NCBI GenBank assembly: GCA_049322915.1
Contig: JBMOPW010000036.1
Span: 64,001 to 128,000 of the forward strand
Length of the DNA stretch: 64,000 nt
Source of the DNA: Candidatus Zhuqueibacterota bacterium
GTDB lineage: Bacteria > Zhuqueibacterota > Zhuqueibacteria > Thermofontimicrobiales > Thermofontimicrobiaceae
Direction: 5' to 3'
The position numbers and the translations under genes are program-made. A model generated the notes under the pieces. That model was not told the DNA's origin. It was given only the letters and a program-made list of their open reading frames with translations, and searched no databases. Positions 10,610 to 19,029 of the stretch are shown here, piece by piece; positions within the stretch are counted from its first letter, which is position 1, and each line of letters opens with the position of its first letter.

Positions 10610-12868
10610 GTGACCACTCAGAGAAAACATAATGAAATTGTCGAAAGAAAACAGTTAGCACCCTCGCTTGTGCTATACAAACTCTACACGCCGGAAGTGG
10701 CAACCCGGGTGAAACCGGGGCAGTTTGTAGTATTACGAGCTGATGATTATGCCGAACGAATTCCATTGACCGTGGCCGATTTCGATCGGGATGAAGGACT
10801 GATCACGGTCATTTTTCAGGAAGTTGGTTCCTCCACGCGGAAGCTGGGCAAGTACCAGCAGGGCGATGCTATCCTGGATGTTGTTGGACCTCTGGGCAGA
10901 GCGAGCCATATTGAAAAATTCGGGACGGTTGTCTGCATCGGCGGCGGCGTCGGCGTAGCTCCTGTTTATCCCATTGCCAAGGCGCTGCACCAGGCCGGGA
11001 ATAACGTCATTTCCATCATTGGCGCGCGCAATCGCGATATGCTGATTCTGGAGGAAGAGATGAAGGCCATCAGCAGTCAACTGCTGGTGACCACGGACGA
11101 CGGTTCTTACGGCCATCATGGATTTGTAACCGATGAATTGAAGCGCTTGATTCAGGAGAAACAGACAATCGATCAGGTTGTGGCTATTGGCCCGATTGTG
11201 ATGATGCGCGCTGTTTCCGAAGTGACGCGGCCGCATGGCATCAAAACGATCGTCAGTTTGAATTCGATCATGGTGGATGGAACCGGCATGTGCGGCGGTT
11301 GTCGCGCAACCATTGGCAGCGAGACAAAATTTGTCTGCGTCGATGGGCCGGAATTTGATGGCCATCAGGTCAAATTCGATGAACTCCTGTCTCGCGCCAA
11401 TATGTACGAGCGCGAGGAGCATCGGGCGTTGTGGCATTTTCAGTGCAAATTGCAGGCTGAAGAAGAAGCGCTGATGAAGGCGAAAACGCGAGTTCCCATG
11501 CCCTTGCAGGACCCGAAAATCAGAGTACAAAATTTCAGTGAAGTGGCGCTGGGCTATTCCCGTGAAGATGCCCGTCGCGAGGCCGCTCGGTGTTTGCAGT
11601 GCAAAAAACAGCCCTGTGTGGATGGTTGCCCGGTCGGCATTGATATTCCCAAATTCATCGCCAAAATAAAAGAAGGCGATTACATGGGCGCCATTCATAA
11701 GATAAAAGAGACGAATAGCCTGCCGGCAGTGTGCGGCCGGGTATGCCCCCAGGAAGAGCAATGTGAGAAGGTCTGCGTGCTGGCGAAAAAAGGTCAGCCT
11801 ATCGCCATCGGCCGATTGGAACGGTTTGCTGCGGACTATGAATTTTCCCAGGGTGAGATAACAGTTCCGGCAAAACCAGAACCTACCGGCAGACGGGTGG
11901 CCGTTGTTGGCGCCGGCCCGGCAGGATTGACAGTCGCCGGCGAATTGGCTAAAAAAGGCCATGCGGTGACGGTGTTCGAAGCGTTGCACAAAGCCGGCGG
12001 CGTGCTCGTGTACGGCATTCCGGAATTCCGCTTGCCGAAGAGCATCGTTCAGACCGAGGTTGACTACGTTCGAAAGTTGGGCGTCGAAATAGAGACCAAT
12101 ATGATCGTGGGACAGGCGTTCAGCGTGGATGAATTGTTCCGGCAGGGGTATGATGCAGTGTTTGTTGGCACCGGCGCCGGATTGCCGTATTTTCTCGGCG
12201 TGCCGGGTGAGAATCTGAACGGGGTCTATTCTGCCAATGAATTTTTGACGCGCGCCAATTTGATGAAAGCCTACCAATTCCCGGAATACGATACCCCGGT
12301 GAAAGTAGCGGAGCGGGTTGCTGTCGTCGGCGGCGGCAATGTGGCCATGGATGCGGCCCGCGTCGCGAAACGTCTTGGCGGAGAGCATGTGTACCTGGTG
12401 TATCGGCGGTCGCGGACAGAACTGCCGGCCAGGGAAGAAGAAGTTGTAAATGCCGAGGAAGAGGGCATTGAATTCACCCTGCTCACCAATCCCGTGCGCA
12501 TAATCGGCGATGAAAAGGGCTGGGTGAAGGGCATCGAATGTTTGCGCATGGAGCTTGGCGAACCGGATGCCTCCGGCCGCAGACGCCCGGTGCCGGTCGC
12601 TGGTTCCGAGTTCATCATCGATGTCGAAGTGATTGTCGTGGCCATTGGCCAGGGTCCGAATCCTCTGCTGACGCGCAACACGCAAGGCCTGGACCTGAAT
12701 AAATGGGGCAACATCGTCGCGGACGAAGCGACAGGCAAAACCACGAAGAAAGGCGTCTTCGCCGGCGGGGACATTGTCACCGGCGCGGCAACGGTCATTT
12801 TGGCCATGGGCGCCGGCAAGAAAGCCGCGGCAGCGATGGATCAGTATTTGCGGGATGGGGTGTGGTAG
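10610..12868 (+). CDS. Fused NfnA-NfnB (SudB-SudA/GltD-like) electron-bifurcating NADH-dependent ferredoxin:NADP+ oxidoreductase
   Basis: N-half ERIPLT, GGGVG.AP, MVDGTGMCGGCR, CVDGPEFDG. C-half RCLQC..PC..GCP, CGRVCPQE.QCE, GAGPAGL, GGGNVAMD, FAGGDIVTGAATVILAMGAG. Confidence 0.9.
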   Translation: MTTQRKHNEIVERKQLAPSLVLYKLYTPEVATRVKPGQFVVLRADDYAERIPLTVADFDRDEGLITVIFQEVGSSTRKLGKYQQGDAILDVVGPLGRASHIEKFGTVVCIGGGVGVAPVYPIAKALHQAGNNVISIIGARNRDMLILEEEMKAISSQLLVTTDDGSYGHHGFVTDELKRLIQEKQTIDQVVAIGPIVMMRAVSEVTRPHGIKTIVSLNSIMVDGTGMCGGCRATIGSETKFVCVDGPEFDGHQVKFDELLSRANMYEREEHRALWHFQCKLQAEEEALMKAKTRVPMPLQDPKIRVQNFSEVALGYSREDARREAARCLQCKKQPCVDGCPVGIDIPKFIAKIKEGDYMGAIHKIKETNSLPAVCGRVCPQEEQCEKVCVLAKKGQPIAIGRLERFAADYEFSQGEITVPAKPEPTGRRVAVVGAGPAGLTVAGELAKKGHAVTVFEALHKAGGVLVYGIPEFRLPKSIVQTEVDYVRKLGVEIETNMIVGQAFSVDELFRQGYDAVFVGTGAGLPYFLGVPGENLNGVYSANEFLTRANLMKAYQFPEYDTPVKVAERVAVVGGGNVAMDAARVAKRLGGEHVYLVYRRSRTELPAREEEVVNAEEEGIEFTLLTNPVRIIGDEKGWVKGIECLRMELGEPDASGRRRPVPVAGSEFIIDVEVIVVAIGQGPNPLLTRNTQGLDLNKWGNIVADEATGKTTKKGVFAGGDIVTGAATVILAMGAGKKAAAAMDQYLRDGVW

Positions 12869-12901
12869 GATTTAATTCGATTATTAAAATGTTGAAATGA
12901 G

Positions 12902-12943
12902 AAACGGAAACAATAGACATACTATTTGTTGTTTCCGTTTTTT
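12902..12943 (+). terminator. Intrinsic terminator after nfnAB (possibly bidirectional)
   Basis: aaacggaaacaa...ttgtttccgttt stem followed by a T-run. Confidence 0.7.
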
Positions 12944-12999
12944 GTTACGAGGATTCAAATGATTGGAGGCAGTGAAAAACACCCACAAATTAAATTTTG

Positions 13000-13641
13000 C
13001 TACATCTGCGGGACAAAAGATTGGTTCAATTGAAGTCTATAATATCCATCCTCTTGGTAGTATTTAACATCACCTGTAATACTCAACTGAAATATGTGAT
13101 TCCCTGGGGAAAAAATGTAACAAATGCTATTGTCGGGTAAAATAGTCATGGGTTCAAAAGGACCACCATCAATGGATATTTGCCATTGCAATCCAATATT
13201 GAGCCATCCGTTCCCATAATCATCACCGAAGATATCATTTACTAAATATAAGTTGGGCAAGGAACCAGGAATGGGTTCAATAGCAGATAGCGTCCATATT
13301 TCCGCGCAATTTGAGTTAATTGTCCCATTGAGGATGATGTCTATGGGCGAGGAATCGGCGACTCTGTGAATTTGACAACTTGTCCAGTCGAGACTCAGTT
13401 CGAGAGAAATATCAGATTCTGTTGAGTTGTAATCATTCATTCTTACATTTTTTGGCAGATTTTTTTTATTATTACTATTTGGGATAAGTCGATGTAACTT
13501 ATTAGGCTGAATAGCATCTTTCTCAATCAGATTTTTGGGTGGTTTTGTAGGTCGTGTTAATTTTTGTTGTGCAGGGGAAGAATTTATCAATGATATTAAC
13601 GCAATACAGACTATTGAACTGATTTTAATAATTTTTTTCAT
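13000..13641 (-). CDS. Secreted hypothetical protein, paralog of 15449-16171 (putative minor pilin-like subunit)
   Basis: Signal peptide. Shares blocks with the 240-aa protein, including the C-terminal DGYYxL strand. Confidence 0.65.
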   Translation of the reverse strand: MKKIIKISSIVCIALISLINSSPAQQKLTRPTKPPKNLIEKDAIQPNKLHRLIPNSNNKKNLPKNVRMNDYNSTESDISLELSLDWTSCQIHRVADSSPIDIILNGTINSNCAEIWTLSAIEPIPGSLPNLYLVNDIFGDDYGNGWLNIGLQWQISIDGGPFEPMTILPDNSICYIFSPGNHIFQLSITGDVKYYQEDGYYRLQLNQSFVPQM

Positions 13642-13691
13642 AATTGAATTTCTACAGTTTATTTATCTTTGATTTAAATAATCTTCAGATT

Positions 13692-15383
13692 TTATTTGAT
13701 AGAAACCAACTGGTATGTCATATTTGGCTTTAGGTTTTCATGATAATAAATACTCAAAATTATTCGATACTTTCCTGGTTTAAGATTAGGAAAGGCAACC
13801 TGAAATTTTCTATCATTATTGGGCAGAAGATAACTGAATTTATCTCCGAACTCTTTTGCCTGATCAACGCGATCAAATACGCCAGGCGCCAGTTCCTTTT
13901 CCAAAATTATATTTCCACTCGCATAAGAATGAATGTTGCCCATATTCCTGGCGGTAAATTCGAAGATGTGCAAAGCAGCCGACTGATTGCTTTCTTTTCT
14001 GACTAATATTGTATCTACTTCTATATCATATTTCAAGTCCTGCTTGGTAGATAGCGCTAACAATTGCGTTCGAGATGCTAAAAATTCAGTCGGCAGATTT
14101 TTGGGTATATTCTCCTGATCAAAAATAATTGCCCCGTAAAATGCGCCATCAATTTTTTCAGGTGAAATAATATTCAATTTGAGGGCTTGAGATTTTCCAG
14201 GATAGATCTCTACATTTTGATCAGACAATGTAATCCAATCTACGCATGATCTTTTTTGTATCTTCTTATCTGAAGATAAGATCGGTTGACTATAACTATC
14301 CAGGTTCCACTCCATTTTTCGTGGATGGAGATATAATGTATCTTTTGATGTGTTTTGTATTTGAATGGCGATATAAGTTTTTCCCCCTGGTGTAATTGAT
14401 TTTTGTAGAAATGGATGTCGTATGAGAAATCCTGGTGATGAGGCGCGAATCAACTTTTCCAAATCATCGGATAATGCACCAGGATATGCCTTGCCCTGAT
14501 AAACCGCGAACGGGAAGTTTTTTGACATTCCTGGGCATTCAGGTATTTGAAGCGATATTCGCATCAAATAGTATCCGTCTGAAAGAGCATTTTGTCCTTC
14601 TGCATAAAAGTTACGTACTTTTCCGGGAAGGAGATAACCTTTTCCTGCCAGCATAGGGCTTGACTCTATATGAGTCCCAATTTCACTCCAAAAACTTACT
14701 CTGCCTGTTACTTTTGTGTGTATATTCCCTTTATTGCTTACAGGCATGATAACCTCCCAACCGTTTTTCGCGTTTGGATTAAATATCGGGACAGATGTAT
14801 CAGCATTTTTTTGACCTTTTGGAAAAACGAACAACGTGTCGGGCGTAATAATCGGTTTATTTCTACTTGAAGGGACCGTTAACAATAATACTACTCTAGC
14901 TTTGCTTTTCAGAGCAATAGCAGATCCTTTTAAATCGACTTTTTCAGATTGAAATGGAATATCAATTCCCTCAAAACTCCCCTCGATCAAAGCGTAATAA
15001 CCACCCTCAGCGTCCCTGGGGACATCAATGGTACCGCACAACTCGATCGTTTCATGCGCATTAATTATTGTGTCCCTCGGCGAAATTTTTATCCAGGAAC
15101 CACATCCGCGAGTGTAGCTGCTATCGGCAATGAATGGTTTGCCGTCAGGGGTTAGATCCATATTGTACACTGCAAATTTAGCAGGTGCGATATTATCGCC
15201 GACATTTACAACCGTAAAAGTGAATTTTCCTTGTTGACCACGAAATGTTTTTGTTTCTTGAATTGGGGGAATTATTTGTACAACAGACTGAGCCTGTAGT
15301 TCTAAAGTATAAAGTACGATTGAAATCAATATAAATAGTATCGATTTACATCTGATTTGTTTGATGGATTGAAAGTTATACAT
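13692..15383 (-). CDS. Secreted protein with two tandem PapD-like/DUF916-like chaperone modules
   Basis: Signal peptide. Internal duplication: CGSWIKISP...VPRDAEGGYYALI / CVDWITLSD...SPEKIDGAFYGAII, and NKGNIH...YLLPG / NMGNIH...YLLPN. Confidence 0.6.
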   Translation of the reverse strand: MYNFQSIKQIRCKSILFILISIVLYTLELQAQSVVQIIPPIQETKTFRGQQGKFTFTVVNVGDNIAPAKFAVYNMDLTPDGKPFIADSSYTRGCGSWIKISPRDTIINAHETIELCGTIDVPRDAEGGYYALIEGSFEGIDIPFQSEKVDLKGSAIALKSKARVVLLLTVPSSRNKPIITPDTLFVFPKGQKNADTSVPIFNPNAKNGWEVIMPVSNKGNIHTKVTGRVSFWSEIGTHIESSPMLAGKGYLLPGKVRNFYAEGQNALSDGYYLMRISLQIPECPGMSKNFPFAVYQGKAYPGALSDDLEKLIRASSPGFLIRHPFLQKSITPGGKTYIAIQIQNTSKDTLYLHPRKMEWNLDSYSQPILSSDKKIQKRSCVDWITLSDQNVEIYPGKSQALKLNIISPEKIDGAFYGAIIFDQENIPKNLPTEFLASRTQLLALSTKQDLKYDIEVDTILVRKESNQSAALHIFEFTARNMGNIHSYASGNIILEKELAPGVFDRVDQAKEFGDKFSYLLPNNDRKFQVAFPNLKPGKYRIILSIYYHENLKPNMTYQLVSIK

Positions 15384-15404
15384 TTTTTTCTCTTATTTGT
15401 AATG

Positions 15405-15439
15405 AAAAAATTCAGCCAGCTGGGCTCTGGCTGATTTTT
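15405..15439 (-). terminator. Intrinsic terminator/attenuator directly after the 240-aa gene
   Basis: tcagccag...ctggctga stem flanked by A-run and T-run. Confidence 0.65.
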
Positions 15440-15448
15440 ATCAATGAT

Positions 15449-16171
15449 TTATAAGCTCGGAGATGGGCACCCTGCCATAGTTAATGAATAATATCCATCG
15501 GCCTCATGATAGATTAAATTAAAAGTGCCACGGAATTGATACCAATGGTCACAAGGTTGATCTATTAAAAAAGTAATTTCCTGATTAGTTGTTGCAGGAG
15601 TCCATGCTGTAGCAGTTCCACCACCGATAGCTAATCCTGTTCCCCATCGATAATCCCAAGTGATGGGTATATCTCTTGCAGTGTTATTGTTGATCCAGCC
15701 CCTATCTGCGGTTCCAAGAACGTCACGACGAAAATAGAGTTTATCAAGTGGTTGATCGCCAGCTACGAGAGATACAAATAATGGATTATTGCTTTTAAGA
15801 GTACCATCAATTGTGAACGTAATCTCCTCTGCCAGGTTGCCAAGTCGGTGCCATTGATAATGTGTGTATTGATAGGTTTGCACCATATTCATTTCAATCC
15901 ATAATTCCAGCGTGATTTCAGCATAGTCGATATATTGTAAACCACCATCCCAGGAGACAACCCAATCGTTGCCAGTTATAGGATTGCTATGATGGGGGTC
16001 AAATAAAGCAAGACCAGAGCTATAACTACCGGTATAGCTATTCCAATTCGTCGGATTCATACCCCAGCCTTCTTGATAGGTCCCATGAGCAGGTGGTTCC
16101 TGAGCGAATGCAGTGCCGACAAATGCAAAGGCAGCAATCAGCATCATGATGAATGAAAATTTCTTAATCAT
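15449..16171 (-). CDS. Secreted hypothetical protein (putative major pilin-like subunit)
   Basis: Sec signal peptide (AFA-Q), strong AAGGGAG RBS, beta-rich sequence, C-terminal ADGYYSLTM. Confidence 0.7.
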   Translation of the reverse strand: MIKKFSFIMMLIAAFAFVGTAFAQEPPAHGTYQEGWGMNPTNWNSYTGSYSSGLALFDPHHSNPITGNDWVVSWDGGLQYIDYAEITLELWIEMNMVQTYQYTHYQWHRLGNLAEEITFTIDGTLKSNNPLFVSLVAGDQPLDKLYFRRDVLGTADRGWINNNTARDIPITWDYRWGTGLAIGGGTATAWTPATTNQEITFLIDQPCDHWYQFRGTFNLIYHEADGYYSLTMAGCPSPSL

Positions 16172-16350
16172 TGCATTTCTCCCTTAATTAGTTTATATTA
16201 TTATCGTGGATAAAGCCTTCAGCTTTACCACAACCCTCGGGCTGCCGCCTGTATAAGGAGGCAGCCCCTTCCTTTTTTATCCGAAACCTCGGATGATTTA
16301 TCTTTAATACCTCATGTACCCAGCCCGCGAGTTCATTCATCAGAACGAAA

Positions 16351-17976
16351 TCACAGGACATGAGGCGTAATAAAGATCACTAATTCTGACTCGACCTCTT
16401 CTGTTTCTGTTTTTCCGAACAGGTAGCCCAATACTGGAATTTTTCCCAGGACCGGCACTCTGCTTTTATAGGTTTGAGTCTTATTCATTCGGAGCCCGCC
16501 GATCGTGATGGTTTCACCATCTCCGACTCTTACAGTTGTGTTCGCGGATCGTCGACTGATTTCCGGTAATCCATTTGCTCCCTCACCTATGACATCATCT
16601 ATCTGGGGTTTCACACTCACCGTGATGAACCCTGTAGAATCTGCATACGGCGTGATCATCAATTGAATCCCGGATTGTATGGTTTCTAATCGATTCATAT
16701 AACCAAAATAATTTCCTGTTTCACCTGCGGTTATCATAAAATACTGTTCTTTGAGAGACTGAAAAATAGCGGTTCGGCCATTCATAGTTCTTACGCGTGG
16801 CGTCGCCTGAATTTTCACGACACCAGCATCTGACAGCGCCCTCAAGGAGGTCGCGAGATCATAGGCTTTGTCTCCGATTTTTAGAGCTGTCCGCAGATAA
16901 TTCAGTGCGAATAATGGATCTTCTTTCATAGTAGGAATGATGACAAGGGAGGCTTCTTTGTCATTCCAACCGAGGCTGCTTAAACTCCAATCAATCCCGA
17001 GTTTTTGGATATCGGAGGTGTAAAACTGAACAACCACAACTTCTATCTCGATCTGTTTTACCGGGGTATCAATGGATTTTAAATCCTGTTTAATTCTTTT
17101 TGCATAGGAAGGGGGAGCTGTAATGCAAACAGTGTTCGAGCTATTGGTAGCGCGCACAAAAATTCGAAAACTTTCAGGTAGTAATTGAATTGCATCCTGT
17201 GCCATAATATTTGAAAGTTGCAAAATTGATGTTTCACTTAGCGTATTAAAAGATGGGCTATCAAGATCAATGGAACCAACATAATACGTTCCTTTTTTTA
17301 AAATATGTACAAATCCATTTGAGAAAAGGATATCTTCCAATACTTTTAAAAATGGAACTTCATTCACTTCATGGGTTACGATTCCTTGAACTGTATTGTC
17401 CCAAACGATTGGAATGCCAGTTGCTTGTGAAATATCCAGTAAAACCTGGCGAATATCGGTTTCAAACCAGGTGTTCGTGATGAAAATATCTGAATGGTCG
17501 GGAGACACATCTTTTGTTATTTTTTCAGTATTAGTCGAGTCCTGAAAAGTCGGTTTTTGAATTTGTAGAGATGGTTGATTCAAAAAATCTTCAACTCGCT
17601 TTTGAAATGATGAAGCCTCACTATCAGTTAAAGAACTGGATGCTTCAGCCAATTCTAAAGCGACTCGTGCATCTTCATTTTTTCCCATTCCAATTAGTGA
17701 TTTAGCAGCGAGAATATATAATGTTGGGTTATATCTAAAATTTGGATTTATACTTAATAGGTGCTGTATCTGTGAAAGACTCTGAGAAAATAATCCATCT
17801 TCTGTTAAATTCTCGATGTTTCTTATAGAATTTTGGAACAACAAATTTCGTTTAACTTCATTGGGATAGCTGTCCGTTTGCTTTTTCAAGTTATTTATAT
17901 TTGGACTGCAACTAAAAAAAGTAACAATTGAAAAGAATGAGGAGGTAATTAATAAATAACGAAAAGGAATTTTCAT
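16351..17976 (-). CDS. Lipoprotein secretin (GspD/PilQ family) with N-terminal TPR-like region
   Basis: Lipobox FFSC; STN-like ETDIRQVLLDISQATGIPIV; NTVCITAP..DTPVKQIEIEV; ATPRVRTMNG; GETITIGGL; VPVLGKIPVLGYLF; ELVIFITPHVL. Confidence 0.92.
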   Translation of the reverse strand: MKIPFRYLLITSSFFSIVTFFSCSPNINNLKKQTDSYPNEVKRNLLFQNSIRNIENLTEDGLFSQSLSQIQHLLSINPNFRYNPTLYILAAKSLIGMGKNEDARVALELAEASSSLTDSEASSFQKRVEDFLNQPSLQIQKPTFQDSTNTEKITKDVSPDHSDIFITNTWFETDIRQVLLDISQATGIPIVWDNTVQGIVTHEVNEVPFLKVLEDILFSNGFVHILKKGTYYVGSIDLDSPSFNTLSETSILQLSNIMAQDAIQLLPESFRIFVRATNSSNTVCITAPPSYAKRIKQDLKSIDTPVKQIEIEVVVVQFYTSDIQKLGIDWSLSSLGWNDKEASLVIIPTMKEDPLFALNYLRTALKIGDKAYDLATSLRALSDAGVVKIQATPRVRTMNGRTAIFQSLKEQYFMITAGETGNYFGYMNRLETIQSGIQLMITPYADSTGFITVSVKPQIDDVIGEGANGLPEISRRSANTTVRVGDGETITIGGLRMNKTQTYKSRVPVLGKIPVLGYLFGKTETEEVESELVIFITPHVL

Positions 17977-18302
17977 AATAACCTGTCATTTGAGAGTTTA
18001 AAATAATTGATATAGTAAACGGAATCTTCAGGGAATTATTAGCTAATGAATTATTATATCGAATCTTAAATGGACCCTGAATCAAAATTTACAATCTTGG
18101 ATACTCTTTTTGATCTATAAATATCAATAGAATAACTATTCTATTGAAACAACATTGTGTAAATATTATAGCTAAAAATAAAGTCGCATCTCAGATCGAG
18201 ACTGTAATAAGATGTCATGATTTCGAAAGTAGTCTGTCAAAGGTAATTTACAAGGAGTGTGGAGTCAGAAAAAATGAGATTTCCCCCTTTGTAGAATAAC
18301 AG

Positions 18303-18659
18303 CTATATTTTTACAATCATATTATGAAAATTTTTCATATCGAAAACAATGGCAGCAATTCCGAGATGGGTATACTCATGAATTTGAAAATTGGCATTTT
18401 CTGGTGCAAGAAGAATTTTTTTTATATCGACATATTTTTTACTATTCAATTTTTTCAGCATTTTTATTAATTTTTCATGATCAGGTAGATTTGAGGACTG
18501 TGGAATCCTGGCTACTAATAGATCAAAATTTTTTTTTTCCATCAACTTAAATGCTGTTTTGAGATTATCTGTCGCTAAAATTTCATGACTCAGGGCAAAT
18601 TTTGTCTGTAGATCGCCGATGAATTTTTGATCACGGTCTATGAGCAAAATTTTTTTCAT
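18303..18659 (-). CDS. Atypical (pseudo-)receiver domain protein
   Basis: KKILLIDRD...FDLLVARIP: REC-like pattern lacking the phosphoacceptor Asp. Confidence 0.55.
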   Translation of the reverse strand: MKKILLIDRDQKFIGDLQTKFALSHEILATDNLKTAFKLMEKKNFDLLVARIPQSSNLPDHEKLIKMLKKLNSKKYVDIKKILLAPENANFQIHEYTHLGIAAIVFDMKNFHNMIVKI

Positions 18660-18737
18660 AATGGATTTTTGAATGGATATGTTTCATTCTAAGTTCAATT
18701 TGATTTAAGAAAATAAAAGTTGAATTAATTGACATAT

Positions 18738-18753
18738 TTCAAAGATTGTGCCA
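18738..18753 (-). promoter_or_regulatory. Sigma54 -24/-12 promoter
   Basis: Minus strand TGGCAC-AATCT-TTGAA (TTGA variant of TTGC), ~80 bp upstream of 18659 and next to a sigma54 activator gene. Confidence 0.7.
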
Positions 18754-18779
18754 ACAATTATGAAAAATAATTCATATGT

Positions 18780-18792
18780 TAACCAATTGATT
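18780..18792 (-). promoter_or_regulatory. IHF-binding site
   Basis: Minus strand AATCAA-TTGG-TTA matches WATCAANNNNTTR, lying between the UAS and the -24 element. Confidence 0.55.
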
Positions 18793-18836
18793 TATATAAA
18801 ATGGGAAAAATGCGGCATGCAGAATATCGTAAAAAG

Positions 18837-18875
18837 TGTCGTATTTTAGTGACATGAAAGTTGTATTAATGCAAC
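18837..18875. promoter_or_regulatory. Putative tandem upstream activator sequences for the NtrC-family regulator
   Basis: Two adjacent imperfect palindromes, tgtcgtattttagtgaca and gttgtattaatgcaac, ~85-120 bp upstream of the -24 element. Confidence 0.5.
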
Positions 18876-19029
18876 ACATATGTTAAAATAGTAAAATCGC
18901 TTTTGAAAAAATTAAGAGTCAAATGCAACTACCATTCTATCAAATTAGACTAACATTTCTAATAGTACAAAAGCGAAAAAGGCTCGGATGGTCAGTTTGG
19001 TAGCTTATTATTGGGTACTTTTTTTCCCT

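Noticed and set aside
10733..12685. 650-aa minus-strand ORF
   Set aside because: Antisense shadow of the nfnAB fusion with no recognisable motifs. The same applies to 2144-3142, 36547-37677, 39358-40269, 42643-43599 and 44704-45561.
16351..17976. Classical T2SS or type IV pilus locus
   Set aside because: No ATPase, platform protein, pseudopilins or prepilin peptidase in the window. The secretin could still serve a system encoded elsewhere.
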